Position numbers and translations under genes: made by a program | The notes under the pieces: generated by a model | Database searches by the model: none | Told to the model about the DNA's origin: nothing | Seen by the model: the letters and a program-made list of their open reading frames with translations, nothing else | IMG/VR virus record: IMGVR_UViG_3300043411_000942 | Location: 1 to 64,000 of that record | DNA: 64,000 bases | Reading direction: 5' to 3' (one strand) | Shown: piece after piece, positions 22,802 to 33,710 of the stretch | Position numbering within the stretch: the stretch's first letter is position 1 | Layout of the letters: every line of letters begins with the position of its first letter

Positions 22802-24517
22802 TCACTTCACATGCTTTGCGAGGTAGCTAAGAGCTAGCTTCTTAATGTGTCCTGGGTCCACCTGAAGCCGTTCGAGCAGGTCTCCCTCCTCTGGCTTGAG
22901 GGCTCCGTCCAGTTGCTGGAGCTTCAAACCTAGAACCTCGGATACGATAGGGTCAGACCCTGTATTGGCAGTGAGGTAGTAAGCGACCACGGGGTTACCT
23001 TGACCATCTCGATAGACTCTAGCCAGACACTGATCCATTACACCAGGAGACCAATCCAACTCCGCAAATACGACAGTACTGCACTTGAATTGTAGCCCGT
23101 CCAACCCAGCCCCACTTCGTAGGGACATGAGAAGGATCTGACTATCTCCATCGCAGAATGCCTTCTTAGCTCTCTCTTTTTGACCTACCGTCTCAGACCC
23201 TGTATAGAGTAGGGGATTGAACTCCTTTAGGCGGTCTAGAAGGATGCTATACACCTCCCGATGCCAAGCGAAAACAAGGATCTTCTCCCCACTCTCAGCA
23301 AGCATCTTCACGAACTCCGCAACAAATGGCACTTTTGCCACTCCTGTTGCTTGTCGGAGCTTGTTGGATAGCTCCTCAGAGGCGAGCATCTTGGCCCCCT
23401 TCTTGACCTCTTTCTCTCCAAGGATGATTCGAGCAAGCTCCATGCAAGCATCGTTGACCTTGTTGAGGGCCTCAGGGTTTGCGTCTACCGTATGCTCAAT
23501 CTTCTGTAGAGCCGGTAGCTCTCTCGCAATGTCCTTGCGCGTTCTCCGTAGCATCATCCCAGAGCCTCGAAGATACTCTCCAAACGCCTTTGGCGAGGCT
23601 AGCCTAGGCTTATCTCCATAGGTGTGAGAACACCACTCCCGAGTAAACTCCTCGAATGACCCGAGTTGGCCAGGGAACAGGATGTTCAGAACAGCGTAGA
23701 ACTCACCTCCATAGTTGAAAATAGGAGTCGCACTCAAACCGCTACGATACTGAGCACTTTCCGAAAGCATTGCCGCTGCCTGGTACTTCGCTGGAGTCTT
23801 CGATCCAAACCCAGACCTTAGCTCTTGAATCTCATCGAAAATGACAGACTTCAATCCCGACTCGGATAGCGTGTGAGCCCAACGGGCCAGCTTCGCGTAA
23901 TTCAGGATGGTAACGTCAGGAAACTGAGGGGCAATCTTGTACTTCTTCGCTACGGCCTTTGTCAGGTCGTAGGGGTTACCTACCTTAACCACATGAGTCT
24001 TCAACTGAGGTAGAAAGCGATTGACTTGCTCTTCCCACTGAGGAGGAAGGCTGGTCATCGTAACTACCAAGGCTGGAAGGGTCTTGGCGTCACTGAGGGT
24101 ACAGAGCGCTGATACCGTCTTCCCCGTGCCAAGATCGTCAGCAAGAAGCAATGCTCCTGTAGACAGAATCAGGTCTCCTGCAATCTTCTGGTAGTCCCTG
24201 GGGGGTAGGGCCAGGTCAAAGCTACGAGTTGTTGACGGGTTCGCTAGGAACCTCTGAACGAGACTCTCTTTTTCCTTGTGGACGGAGGACCGACCCTGAA
24301 GACGCTCAAGATCTAGAGCGGACACCTCGTAGGGCTCATATCTAGAGATGAACCATTCCAGGTCTCTTGCGGTCTCAGGGGAGTCGCTGAGGTGGAGGGC
24401 CTTACTAGGACCTTGCTGGGCCTTCGAGAAGACCCGCTTTGCTCGCATCAAGATGTGAGGTGGGGCTTCTAAAACCCACTCTTTTTTCTTGACTCCATAG
24501 CTTAACCTCATAGCCAA
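22802..24517 (-). CDS. SNF2-family helicase/ATPase
   Basis: LLADDLGTGKT, DEIQ, LSATP, MLRR, GAGLDGLQ, ELDWSP and QCLARVYRDGQ. Confidence 0.92.
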   Translation of the reverse strand: MAMRLSYGVKKKEWVLEAPPHILMRAKRVFSKAQQGPSKALHLSDSPETARDLEWFISRYEPYEVSALDLERLQGRSSVHKEKESLVQRFLANPSTTRSFDLALPPRDYQKIAGDLILSTGALLLADDLGTGKTVSALCTLSDAKTLPALVVTMTSLPPQWEEQVNRFLPQLKTHVVKVGNPYDLTKAVAKKYKIAPQFPDVTILNYAKLARWAHTLSESGLKSVIFDEIQELRSGFGSKTPAKYQAAAMLSESAQYRSGLSATPIFNYGGEFYAVLNILFPGQLGSFEEFTREWCSHTYGDKPRLASPKAFGEYLRGSGMMLRRTRKDIARELPALQKIEHTVDANPEALNKVNDACMELARIILGEKEVKKGAKMLASEELSNKLRQATGVAKVPFVAEFVKMLAESGEKILVFAWHREVYSILLDRLKEFNPLLYTGSETVGQKERAKKAFCDGDSQILLMSLRSGAGLDGLQFKCSTVVFAELDWSPGVMDQCLARVYRDGQGNPVVAYYLTANTGSDPIVSEVLGLKLQQLDGALKPEEGDLLERLQVDPGHIKKLALSYLAKHVK

Positions 24518-24858
24518 CCTCCCACCTGAAGGACGCGTACAGGCTTTCCTTGTAACACGGAAACGAGCCCCTTGTGAGAGCTTTTCGTGGTCACAAGAAG
24601 TAGACCTTCAACCTCTGGAAAGGCTAGGTACCGATGAATCTGGCGTAACATGGGGGCTAACCCGCCACCCACCTTGACCTCTATTCCCAGAGCACCCACA
24701 AGGAAGTCTATCCGCGACTTCGCATCTAGCTTGACCTCCCTCTGGTAAGAGTACCCTAAGGTCTCCAGGGCAGCTTGGAGGGCACTTTGCAGGACAACTT
24801 CGCTGTCAAAACGGTACTTGTACCTGCTCAAGCCTTCATGTAATTCGTCTAGAGTCAC
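24508..24858 (-). CDS. PD-(D/E)XK restriction-endonuclease-like nuclease
   Basis: E..LQ..L..REV...RIDFLV..GIEVK..QIHRY; overlaps the helicase start. Confidence 0.75.
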   Translation of the reverse strand: MTLDELHEGLSRYKYRFDSEVVLQSALQAALETLGYSYQREVKLDAKSRIDFLVGALGIEVKVGGGLAPMLRQIHRYLAFPEVEGLLLVTTKSSHKGLVSVLQGKPVRVLQVGGWL

Positions 24859-24885
24859 GAAGAGCAGGTACCATAGAATGGACTA

Positions 24886-25428
24886 TCAGACCATCGAAAA
24901 GGTAATGGGCAAGTGCTGGTAAAATTGACCTAGGTGCTCTCGAATACACCCTTCGGTAAGACTGATCTCAACAAACGGCAGTACTTCCCGGTCAAGCTGA
25001 AATTGAAATCGGAGGATTCTAGCCAAACCCTGACCTGAGCCGTGAAGCAACTCCCCATGCTTGTACACGTAGGTAGCTAACGTACCACCTACAGCTAAGT
25101 AGGAAGCTGTAGAGGATAGGGCATTGGCTACAACGAGCCCATTACTACCACCTCCCACAAACAAGGTCGTCATATGCCGATCTACTTCAGCGGAGTCCAC
25201 TGGGTCAAGTAGATCCATTGTCAACTCAAACAGGCCGTTATTGTGAGTAACGACTCGTAAGCCCACAGGTATTCCAAAGAGAGTCTTGCCGCCATCCTTA
25301 GGGAAGGGGAAGAATAACGCCTCAATCAAGTCGAGGATAATTTGGTTAGGCGTGTGAAGCCCTAGCGGACCTACATACATGTGTGCTCTTGCACGTATAG
25401 CCCATGCAGAGTTAGTGTGTGTTGTCAT
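24886..25428 (-). CDS. Degenerate stand-alone GyrB/ParE-like GHKL domain
   Basis: AIRARAHMYVG (cf. AVRKRPGMYIG) and GLVVANALS (cf. GVSVVNALS). The catalytic ExxxN and DxGxG motifs are absent. Confidence 0.6.
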   Translation of the reverse strand: MTTHTNSAWAIRARAHMYVGPLGLHTPNQIILDLIEALFFPFPKDGGKTLFGIPVGLRVVTHNNGLFELTMDLLDPVDSAEVDRHMTTLFVGGGSNGLVVANALSSTASYLAVGGTLATYVYKHGELLHGSGQGLARILRFQFQLDREVLPFVEISLTEGCIREHLGQFYQHLPITFSMV

Positions 25429-26690
25429 TTGAGATATCCTAGTAACTCTAACGAACGAGATACAACCCAATTGGCTTGGGTACGCTCAAGTACATCCGCC
25501 CACCATGAGGGGGGTTCGAGATCTGGATCTATCATCCTATCCTCATGAGTTTAAGTTGAGCCTCCGCTTTTTCGGCACGAGCAAGAAGGTCGTCACACTC
25601 CCGCCTTGCTTCGTCGCGTTCGTACCCATTTCTCTCTGCCAGCTCAATTGCCTCTGACCAGATGAAGTCATCCCCATTGGTAAGGACTTTAGGAGTAAGG
25701 GCCTTAGATGGCACCTCTCCCGTGTTCTTCAACTTACCGTCCAACCCAGATACGATCAGTCTAGATGTAGCAAGTTGTAAGCGATTTCGTGCCTTTACAA
25801 GATTCACTTCCTCCTTGGCCTTGGGATTCACTTCCCCCTTAACCTTGGCGGGCCAAAGGGTCAGCATGGCCTTGGCTTCCACCTCAAACAAGTGTTGAGC
25901 CGCTCTCAGGACATTCGACATAGCCCTAGCGTAGTGCTCAGCTTTGGGGATCGACTTAAACTGGGCAGCGGTTACGACCATAGCTCCAGGGCTTCGGTTT
26001 GTATGTAGGATGAAGTCTGCTTGGTACTTCATTGGGCTCTTGCGTATCTTACTAATCAAAGCTTTTTCTCCTGGTGTGGGTAGTGCTCCTGAATCCACCC
26101 ATCAAGACGCAGGTCTAAGCCAGACCAGGTGAAGGCGGCTCCACACGGACAGTGAAGGGTAGAGTGGTCAGGATCAGGCTCTGATTGTCGAAACCCTGCA
26201 TAGGTAGCGTTGGGGTCTACGTGGTCGTCCCAGGTACTCATTCATATCTCCTAGTCACTTTGCAAGAAGAGCTTTAGCAGCCTTGATCGCGGACATTACC
26301 TGCAACCCATGTGCAAGGGTATGATCTCCTCGCAAGTAGGAGTCAAGCTCACGCTCTAAAACACCCACAAGATCCTGTAGGGCGGTTTTGAGCTTTACTT
26401 TCTCAGCTTCTGAGTCCGCTAGTGCGAACTCAGCTCCGTCCGCTCGGTTACAAGCAGCGGAAAATTCACCGTCTACGTATGTACGGTAACTACTTACGGC
26501 AGACAACCTAGCAACGTCGTTTGCAAGACGAGTGTTGTGACGTTTTAACGCCTCAACCTCACCTTTTAACGCCTCAACCTCACTAGTATCCTCGAAGTGC
26601 TTGATGATTCCCATGTCCTTTAACTCACCAACTCCGCTAACGCCAAGTACTGAGGAACCATGAAGTTTACGGCCTCCCAGGTACTCATCT

Positions 26691-27311
26691 TTACGACCTT
26701 TTACGAACTTCCCCCAAGGGGTCCATGATGAACAAGCCATCCCCCAAACGGGTGATCTTTGGGGTAATAACGCAAGGTCCGGTCAGCTTTGACTTGACCT
26801 GAATTGCACCTTCGTTCGGGACGGATACTACGGTATCCTCGCTCTGCTTCTCAAAGCAGATGCTAGGAGGAGGCGAAAAGTCTTCTTCAGTCACCTCGAA
26901 AGATACCGAGACCACTTGGTCATGAAGCTGGTAGAACTTCCTAGGGTCCATCCAAAATTCTTCTCGACCGTCGTTAGGTGAGAGCTGAAAGTTCGGGCCA
27001 AACTCGGTTTCAATCAAGTTGAAGGTCCCGATCCCCAGGTCGACAACCTCCCCTACTTTGGGACGAGAGGGGAAGATCTTAAGGAATAGGTCCCCAATGT
27101 GACCAGATTCGTAGTCACAGAGAACCGTTACGGTTACCTTAACCCTCTTACCCTCAAGCTCCTTAAGTGCTTCAAGGTTGAAGTACGGATTAACCTTTAC
27201 CGTTTGCTCGTAATTCGCTGGGTACACCCCAAACGATCCGTATCGACTGGAACGGCGCTCATGCCCGTCCCAAGAAAAGAACCCAGTTACCCCAAGCTTT
27301 ACTTCGCTCAT
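26691..27311 (-). CDS. Hypothetical protein, paralog of 33204-33710
   Basis: Shared GFFSW..ER.S.RYG.FG.YP, SGHIGD, PKVGEVVDLG.GTF and DPR.FY.LHDQVV. Confidence 0.8.
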   Translation of the reverse strand: MSEVKLGVTGFFSWDGHERRSSRYGSFGVYPANYEQTVKVNPYFNLEALKELEGKRVKVTVTVLCDYESGHIGDLFLKIFPSRPKVGEVVDLGIGTFNLIETEFGPNFQLSPNDGREEFWMDPRKFYQLHDQVVSVSFEVTEEDFSPPPSICFEKQSEDTVVSVPNEGAIQVKSKLTGPCVITPKITRLGDGLFIMDPLGEVRKRS

Positions 27312-27656
27312 TTTTCTCTCTCCTCAAAGAACCTACGGACACCAACCGAGAAATTTAACCACAGAAGCAGCTTGACCCGTACCTGACTGGAGTGTAGCCA
27401 CAGACCGTACACCGTTGGGTGGCAGGTAGCGGGTTCATCGCAATGATGGTCGCAAGAGTAAACCAGATTGTCGGGATCTCCCGATGGCACCACATGCCTG
27501 TACGCCAGTCTCTAGCGTAGCCCATATTTTGAGCGTACAGCTGCTTCGCATCAAAAGCACGATCCTGAAGACTGTTCTTTTCCAAAGGTTCGACGAGTCT
27601 AGCGTACTCCTCAAGACGCTCGCCTCGATTCCACTCCTCAGGCCAACGGTGTAGTT

Positions 27657-28064
27657 TCATGGATCCTGATTACTGCTGAGGTACTCAGTGTTCTTCAGAG
27701 TGTCGAACATTCTTTGGAAGAATGCTCCATACTGTTGGTTCGGGTTCTGGGAAGTGAGAGCCTGGATTGGGAGGTAGCTTGCATTATCCTTCAATCCTTG
27801 AGTGTTTACCATCGTCAAAAAGACATGAAGGTCATTCGCATCGTCATTCACCCATGGGTGGACATAGACGAGGCGAGACACGACAAGGTCTAGAGCGTAG
27901 TTATCTCTGAGTGCTTTTGCTAGAGTACTTTTTGAAAAGTCTGCATCCCCTTGAAGTCTCCTACCCCCTGGAAGAACCCAGCCCTTGTGACTGGCATCCC
28001 AAGTCACTAGAACTGTATTGTTAAGTCCTGGGATCAGAGCGGTAACGATGAGTCGGTAAGGCAT
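27657..28064 (-). CDS. Nudix-like protein (degenerate Nudix box)
   Basis: VLV....GWVLPGGR followed by a helix; the conserved Glu residues are missing. Confidence 0.45.
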   Translation of the reverse strand: MPYRLIVTALIPGLNNTVLVTWDASHKGWVLPGGRRLQGDADFSKSTLAKALRDNYALDLVVSRLVYVHPWVNDDANDLHVFLTMVNTQGLKDNASYLPIQALTSQNPNQQYGAFFQRMFDTLKNTEYLSSNQDP

Positions 28065-28488
28065 GGTCTATGGCACCTAGGTGCCCCTCTAACAGGTTTA
28101 CAGGTTGACCCCTTAGGTTGGGTCGTCCAAGGCTAGAAACCGATTCAGCGGGCCCCTGGGTAAGGCCAAAGAACTATCTCCACCTCGTGGAGAAGGCTCA
28201 AGTAGGTCTTTAGGTCGCTCGTATGGGGACCTAGCTCACTCTTCTTGTTCTCGATAAGCAGAGCTACCCCTTGCTTCAGCACGTCGATCTGCTTCAGGTT
28301 AAGGTCCGGGGTGAATCTCAGGCCATCTTGGATAAGGCCAAGGATGGCTCTAGCGTTTCCCTGGACCTTATCCTTCCCTCGTAGCGACCGTAGAGTGCTC
28401 TGCACTTCCGGAATGTAGCTTGCAGGGCTCCTACCCCCAGAGATCATAGCAGCTAGCGTGTCAAGGTCTTCCAGTAAATCCTTGTACT

Positions 28489-29313
28489 TCATTTGGGCTT
28501 CGGTGTGGGTGGCGGTTGAGGCTTTTCCTCTGACCAACCCTCCAGGAGTTTGAGGGCCTTTTCAGAGCCCTTCAAGTAATCCGAGCCAAGCTCGATGTAG
28601 TTGGCTTCTGGAATGCGAAGCGCGAACAAGGAGTGACTTGCCACAATGAATTGAGTCGTAGGGGCAAACGATCGAAGCAAGCGCCAAATAGCTGGCTGGT
28701 AGTTCAGATCTAGACTTCGCTCTGGCTCGTCAAGAAGAATCGTAGGTTGACCTACTTTTCCGGACCCTTTCAAGAAAGTGTTGGCAATCTTGAGTCGATC
28801 CTCCCAGAGACTGTTCACCTTACCAGATGTAATCTTGTACTCCACCTTAGGTGGAGTCGTTCGCCTGACAAGAGACTCTAGAACTTTATCGAACCGCTTT
28901 AGGGTTACCTGTCCAGCGGAGCCTCGAAACATGTAGTTCGCAACCCCCTCAACGCCGAAGTCCCAATCGAACGCGGCCCCCCCACCAACAACTCCAATCT
29001 GCATACTAGGGTCGAAGTACCTAACTCCTTGCCCATCGTGGCTAACCTTGATGCTTTTCGTGAAGTCTTCCTCAGACCTAGAGAATAGGTCTTGAATGGA
29101 GTTCTGAGTTACGACAGGAACTCCAGCCTGATGACAGTGGAAGAGATTCGCTAGGAGCTGAATGATCGTAGACTTTCCAGCTCCATTCCGCCCCCAGATG
29201 ACGTTCAACCCAGGCTTGAACTCAAACTTCCGTGGCGTGGAAAGAGCCTCCACGTTTCCAAGCCACTTGAGAAAGGTGTTCTTAGGGTCAAGAATTTCAA
29301 GAGACCGAATCAT
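28489..29313 (-). CDS. ABC/AAA-type ATPase
   Basis: Walker A GRNGAGKST, signature-like SAGQ, Walker B LLDEPE, H-loop ASHS. Confidence 0.88.
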   Translation of the reverse strand: MIRSLEILDPKNTFLKWLGNVEALSTPRKFEFKPGLNVIWGRNGAGKSTIIQLLANLFHCHQAGVPVVTQNSIQDLFSRSEEDFTKSIKVSHDGQGVRYFDPSMQIGVVGGGAAFDWDFGVEGVANYMFRGSAGQVTLKRFDKVLESLVRRTTPPKVEYKITSGKVNSLWEDRLKIANTFLKGSGKVGQPTILLDEPERSLDLNYQPAIWRLLRSFAPTTQFIVASHSLFALRIPEANYIELGSDYLKGSEKALKLLEGWSEEKPQPPPTPKPK

Positions 29314-29735
29314 TCGTCATCCTCTACGATAAGGTGGATCGTCACCGTATGGTGACGGGTAACTCCAGATGGGTCTTGGGTTGTACCCGAGAGGTGCACA
29401 ACGGTAGGGAAGATGAAGGTCTCTTTCCCATGGACAGTCTTAAGTCCCTTAGGAAACTCAAGTTGAAGGTTTTGAGCTTCATCAAGCTTAGCTACACTAA
29501 GCAGATAGGAAACCTTCAGCTCATCCCCCCTATCCCCATAGAGACGGTAGGTCCTGGTGAAGGAAGGTTGGACGTTTGACAGGACTCGGAGGAGGTTGCG
29601 TTGGTAGATGCAGGGCAGACAGCACCCTTGAGGGGTTCCGCAGTTGCAAGGAGGCTCCTCCTTGAAGAACTCCGTAACGAGGTGCATGATATCCGAATCC
29701 AGGTTCATGTAGCTGTAGTTCATCTTACTCACCCC

Positions 29736-30599
29736 TACGGTAGAAGCTCAGGAAGGCTTAAGCTCAAAAACGATCCTCAAGGGAACAGAAGCGTTAACTC
29801 GGTGAAAGTCTCAATAAGCTCTTCCACCCCTACAAGAATCTCAGACTCCAAGTACATAAGCTCAGGCTCGCACGGAGTAGCGCTGTAAACAAATGTGTTC
29901 TTTCCTTGCCCCATGGCGTACCCTAGCTCCCAGGAGGCTGAGCGACCAGAGGGGAGCACAAGGATGCAAGTATCGCAAGCACGAAGGGCTGCTATGTCGT
30001 GTGAGTATCCAAATTTAGCAATCGGATGCTTAAGGGCGTCTCGATACTGTGCAGGAGTCCAAGACTCCCAGGCGGGGTCAATTTCCGCCCATGAGAACCC
30101 ATGAACTCCAGGAGCAGGGCTACGGAAGTCGTAAACTTCGTGCCCCAAGCCTCGAAGCAAAGTTACAACATGAGGTTGAACGGTGTTGCGCCACGAGCTG
30201 GCAACGTAGATGTTTTTCAAGGTACCCCATCTCCCTACAAGATAAAACCGACCATGAAGGCTTCCGAGCAAGGGTGGACCAAGTCGGCCTTCACCTCAAA
30301 TTCAGAAGCCCAACCAGTCTGCCCCGCCTCAGCTTCGGCACAAAAAGCGTTACAGATGACCTCTACGGCTTCGTCTCTACAGTCCACAGTGTTCACGGTT
30401 TGCCCTGCGACCGTACGCAACTCTGCGATCTGAGGGTGGTCTGACGGTACAAGGAAAAATCGCACATTTTCGGGAAACTCTGCGTACACAACCAGGGTCT
30501 TATTTGAGGTAGTCATAGGTGTTCTTACGGTGGAAGCTCAGGAAGGCTTAACTTCTCTACACCAAAAAGATGGGTTAAATCTCGTCCTTGGTGTACGTA
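29736..30599. promoter_or_regulatory. Three promoter motifs: 29736-29761 (-), 30526-30551 (-) and 30575-30599 (+)
   Basis: The two minus-strand copies are near-identical (tacggt[a/g]gaagctcaggaaggcttaa). Confidence 0.75.
29777..30220 (-). CDS. Nucleoside 2-deoxyribosyltransferase/TIR-like fold protein
   Basis: IYVASSWRN, DI.AL..CD.CILVLP.GRSA.WELGYAMG.GK. Probable TTG start. Confidence 0.75.
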   Translation of the reverse strand: MKNIYVASSWRNTVQPHVVTLLRGLGHEVYDFRSPAPGVHGFSWAEIDPAWESWTPAQYRDALKHPIAKFGYSHDIAALRACDTCILVLPSGRSASWELGYAMGQGKNTFVYSATPCEPELMYLESEILVGVEELIETFTELTLLFP

Positions 30600-30607
30600 G
30601 TAGGGGC

Positions 30608-30904
30608 ATGAGCAAAATAACTGTAGTTGCGTGTAAGCCTGGAAAGAATCCTGAGGTGATCGAGATCGAGAACACCTTGGAGGCGATGCAGCACATTGTG
30701 GGAGGTCTCATCCAGCTGGTAGCTGTGGGAGAGTTCGACCTTTTCGTCAATGAGGAGGGGCTCATCCTGGACCTTGCCTACAATAGGGATGTCATGGGGC
30801 TGCCTATCGTAGGCCCGCTTTTCCTCTCTAAGGCAGATGACGAGGGTGAGACCATCGGCCTTAACCCCGATGAAGTCCAGGAAGCCCTGAAGCTTCTAGA
30901 ATGA
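30608..30904 (+). CDS. DUF3846-like protein
   Basis: IENTLEAMQHIVGGLIQ...FVNEEG...N....IVGP. Confidence 0.7.
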   Translation: MSKITVVACKPGKNPEVIEIENTLEAMQHIVGGLIQLVAVGEFDLFVNEEGLILDLAYNRDVMGLPIVGPLFLSKADDEGETIGLNPDEVQEALKLLE

Positions 30905-31522
30905 GCGACACCGTGAAAGTCTATGTCCGCCCTGAGGTGTCGGCTCAGCGTGAGTACGGCGAAGGGACAAATCGAGAGATCTGCTCCGTCTGTTACTACC
31001 CCGCCATAGTATCCGCGAAATGTCGTCAAACCGTTGCGCTTTGCCAGCGGTGTCTCAATGCAATCAATCAGATGGTTCGGGTGATTACACCCGAAAGAAG
31101 AGGCAGCAGGATGAAACCAGAACTCAAGGGTCTTGTGGATGGCCTCTCAGAACCTGAACGAGAGGAGCTACTGACCTACCTAGAAGGGCTAGAGACCTCA
31201 AGCGGATCATTCCAGTGCTCTTTCCCCCCTGTACCAGACATGGAGACGCGGCACAATGGGGACCTCACGAGGCGCGGGCACTTGCCGGCGGCGACCCGGG
31301 CTGCCGGGTGCCAGTGTGGGCCGCATCGCCGAGATGTGACCGCGCACCAGGACGACTCTGTATTCTGGCCGCGCCACGGGTGCGCCAACTGCAATCTGTG
31401 GGATGGCCCGCCGAGGACACGATGACCATCGGTAGCTCAAGACATACTCGATACCCGCGCTAGCGGATATGATGACGAGTGATTCTCGTTAAACCCTAAA
31501 CCCTCACCTACGTTAGGTCTCT

Positions 31523-31732
31523 ATGAACAAGCCCAAATGCAAACTGAACAAGCCCAAATGCAAACTGGTTGGTACGGATGGTAACGCTTTCGCGATCATC
31601 TTTAAAGTCGCTAGAGCCCTTCGCTTAGCAGAGCTTCCCAAGGAAGCGAAGGAGTTTACGGATAAGGCAATGGCTTCGGCTTCATACGAAGCTCTTCTGT
31701 GTCTCTGCATGGAATACGTCGAGGTAACATGA
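31523..31732 (+). CDS. Small hypothetical phage protein with a 21-nt N-terminal tandem duplication
   Basis: LVGTDGNAFAII motif; aacaagcccaaatgcaaactg occurs twice; promoter motif at 31489-31514. Confidence 0.7.
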   Translation: MNKPKCKLNKPKCKLVGTDGNAFAIIFKVARALRLAELPKEAKEFTDKAMASASYEALLCLCMEYVEVT

Positions 31733-32940
31733 GCGGCCATACAAGAAAATTTCAATCTGCCCTTGATGAGGTCAAAGACACTTTGGCTAGGCTTTGGCTA
31801 GGCTTCTATGAAGCTCGTGCTATCGAAGCTGAGATCCAAGTGAGCATGCAATCATGAAGCGAATTGGACCTAAGATGGCAAGAGCCGTTCGCTACGTCAA
31901 GCTGCATCCCAACTGCGTCATGCTTTGGGTCGCAAAGCATGTAGGACCTAAAGGGTCTCTCCAGTATGGATACCGTACGGTCCATCGTTGCCTCAAGGCA
32001 AAGTTGCTTGTGCGCACCCCTGGTAAGGGGAACAGCTTTACGTTATCACTGGGGCCCAATGGGTAGCATAGACTGGCGACGAGACTACCGCGAGGCTCCT
32101 ATATCGAGCGCACCAACTTCGGGTGGGGTGTATGGTGGGATGGTGCACGAGTGCCTGGTACATTCAAGACTCGTGAGGCAGCTCGTCGTGACATTCGTGC
32201 GCGAAAGAAAACAGGGTGAAGTTAATGGCTTTGAAGTTAGGCGCACACGTACTTACAGGTCCATCCAAGGATAGCCACCTTCCTCTGGACTGGGCTCCAG
32301 ACGCTCGTAGGTATGTTACATGGGGGGTAGTCGGGACCGTAATTAAGGTGAGCAATGGTCATGGATTATGCTACGAGGTGTACCATGATGATGGCTCAGC
32401 AACTACAGCTTGGTATAACCCTGACGAGCTGATAAGGCTTACCCCATGTGATGTGGTAGAGGAGGAAGAGCAGCAGGTTCTCTCCCGATTCGATAGGTTC
32501 TAACATGCCCTACGGTAGCAGATGGACAAGGCTTCCAAGGGATTCCAAAGTGGCGGAGAATCACCCCGTGGAGAAAATTGTCTCTCGGTTCGAGAGATTT
32601 TGAAGGTACATATGACAACACCGCAAGTTTACACCCCAGCGTTGTGGATCTACAATCGAGCCATTGTCCAAGAGAAGGTCAGCAGGGTTGAATTTATGAT
32701 TCGAGGTCTCCGGTTTGGGGAGTCCAGGGAAACGACTACGGCTGAGTTGGTGCTCGTCTCTGACTTGAATCCTGACCTACCCTACCAAGGGCTGAAGCTC
32801 AAACTTTCAATTGCGGAGTTGGAGGAGCAGTACGAGCCAACTGGTAAAAGGGTCAATAGGCTCCTCTAGTGGAACGGCCCATTTGTGTGGCGCATTGAAT
32901 TTGTGGTTAAGTAGTTGACACGCAACACGTAGGAGTAGAC

Positions 32941-33195
32941 ATGAAGATCAAGTTCTGTTTTTTCGCCACCCTTTTTACTCTGGCTCTCTCAGCATGCCTT
33001 ACCGACGAGGGCGCTACTCGACGTACCTTGACGAGTTCTGGGTACACTGAGATCGTCGTAACGGGATATGAGATGTTCGGCTGTGGGAAGGATGACATCT
33101 ACGCCACGGGCTTTCGGGCGAAGAACCCCAATGGGGTTCAGGTCACCGGAGTGGTTTGCTGTGGTGCCATGAAAAGCTGCACCGTTCGATTCTAG
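32941..33195 (+). CDS. Small putative lipoprotein
   Basis: Signal peptide with an LSAC lipobox; promoter motif at 32907-32931, 9 nt upstream. Confidence 0.7.
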   Translation: MKIKFCFFATLFTLALSACLTDEGATRRTLTSSGYTEIVVTGYEMFGCGKDDIYATGFRAKNPNGVQVTGVVCCGAMKSCTVRF

Positions 33196-33203
33196 GAGTG
33201 AAC

Positions 33204-33710
33204 GTGACAATCGATACCCTGGTGGCCACCACAGTAACGGGTTTCTTCTCATGGGAGGCCGACGAGCGAATCTCCTCTAGATACGGGGCATTTGGGATGT
33301 ACCCATCTACTCACAATGAGAAGGATATGATTAGCCCAAGCTTCAACTCCAAAGCACTTCAGGCGTTGAAGTATCAGAGGGTACGAATGACTGCAACAGT
33401 TATCCGTACCTTCCCATCTGGACACATTGGAGACTTCGGTCTTGGAATTTTCCCATCTACGCCAAAGGTAGGAGAGGTGGTTGACCTTGGGGTAGGTACC
33501 TTTGAAGGGTTTGAGGAGCGGTCCTTTCGATGTGGGATGGGGCTTAGTTCCATCATCTTACGGCCAAACGATGGTCGAAGTGTACTGTGGATCGACCCTA
33601 GGAATTTCTACCGGCTTCACGATCAAGTTGTGACAGTTCTGATTGAGCCTACGGATGCAGAGTTCTCTCTCGCTCCAAATCTTCTAGTTCGTGGAGTACT
33701 AGGGACCTAG
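33204..33710 (+). CDS. Hypothetical protein, paralog of 26691-27311
   Basis: Same shared motifs as its paralog; AGGAG SD before the GTG. Confidence 0.75.
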   Translation: MTIDTLVATTVTGFFSWEADERISSRYGAFGMYPSTHNEKDMISPSFNSKALQALKYQRVRMTATVIRTFPSGHIGDFGLGIFPSTPKVGEVVDLGVGTFEGFEERSFRCGMGLSSIILRPNDGRSVLWIDPRNFYRLHDQVVTVLIEPTDAEFSLAPNLLVRGVLGT

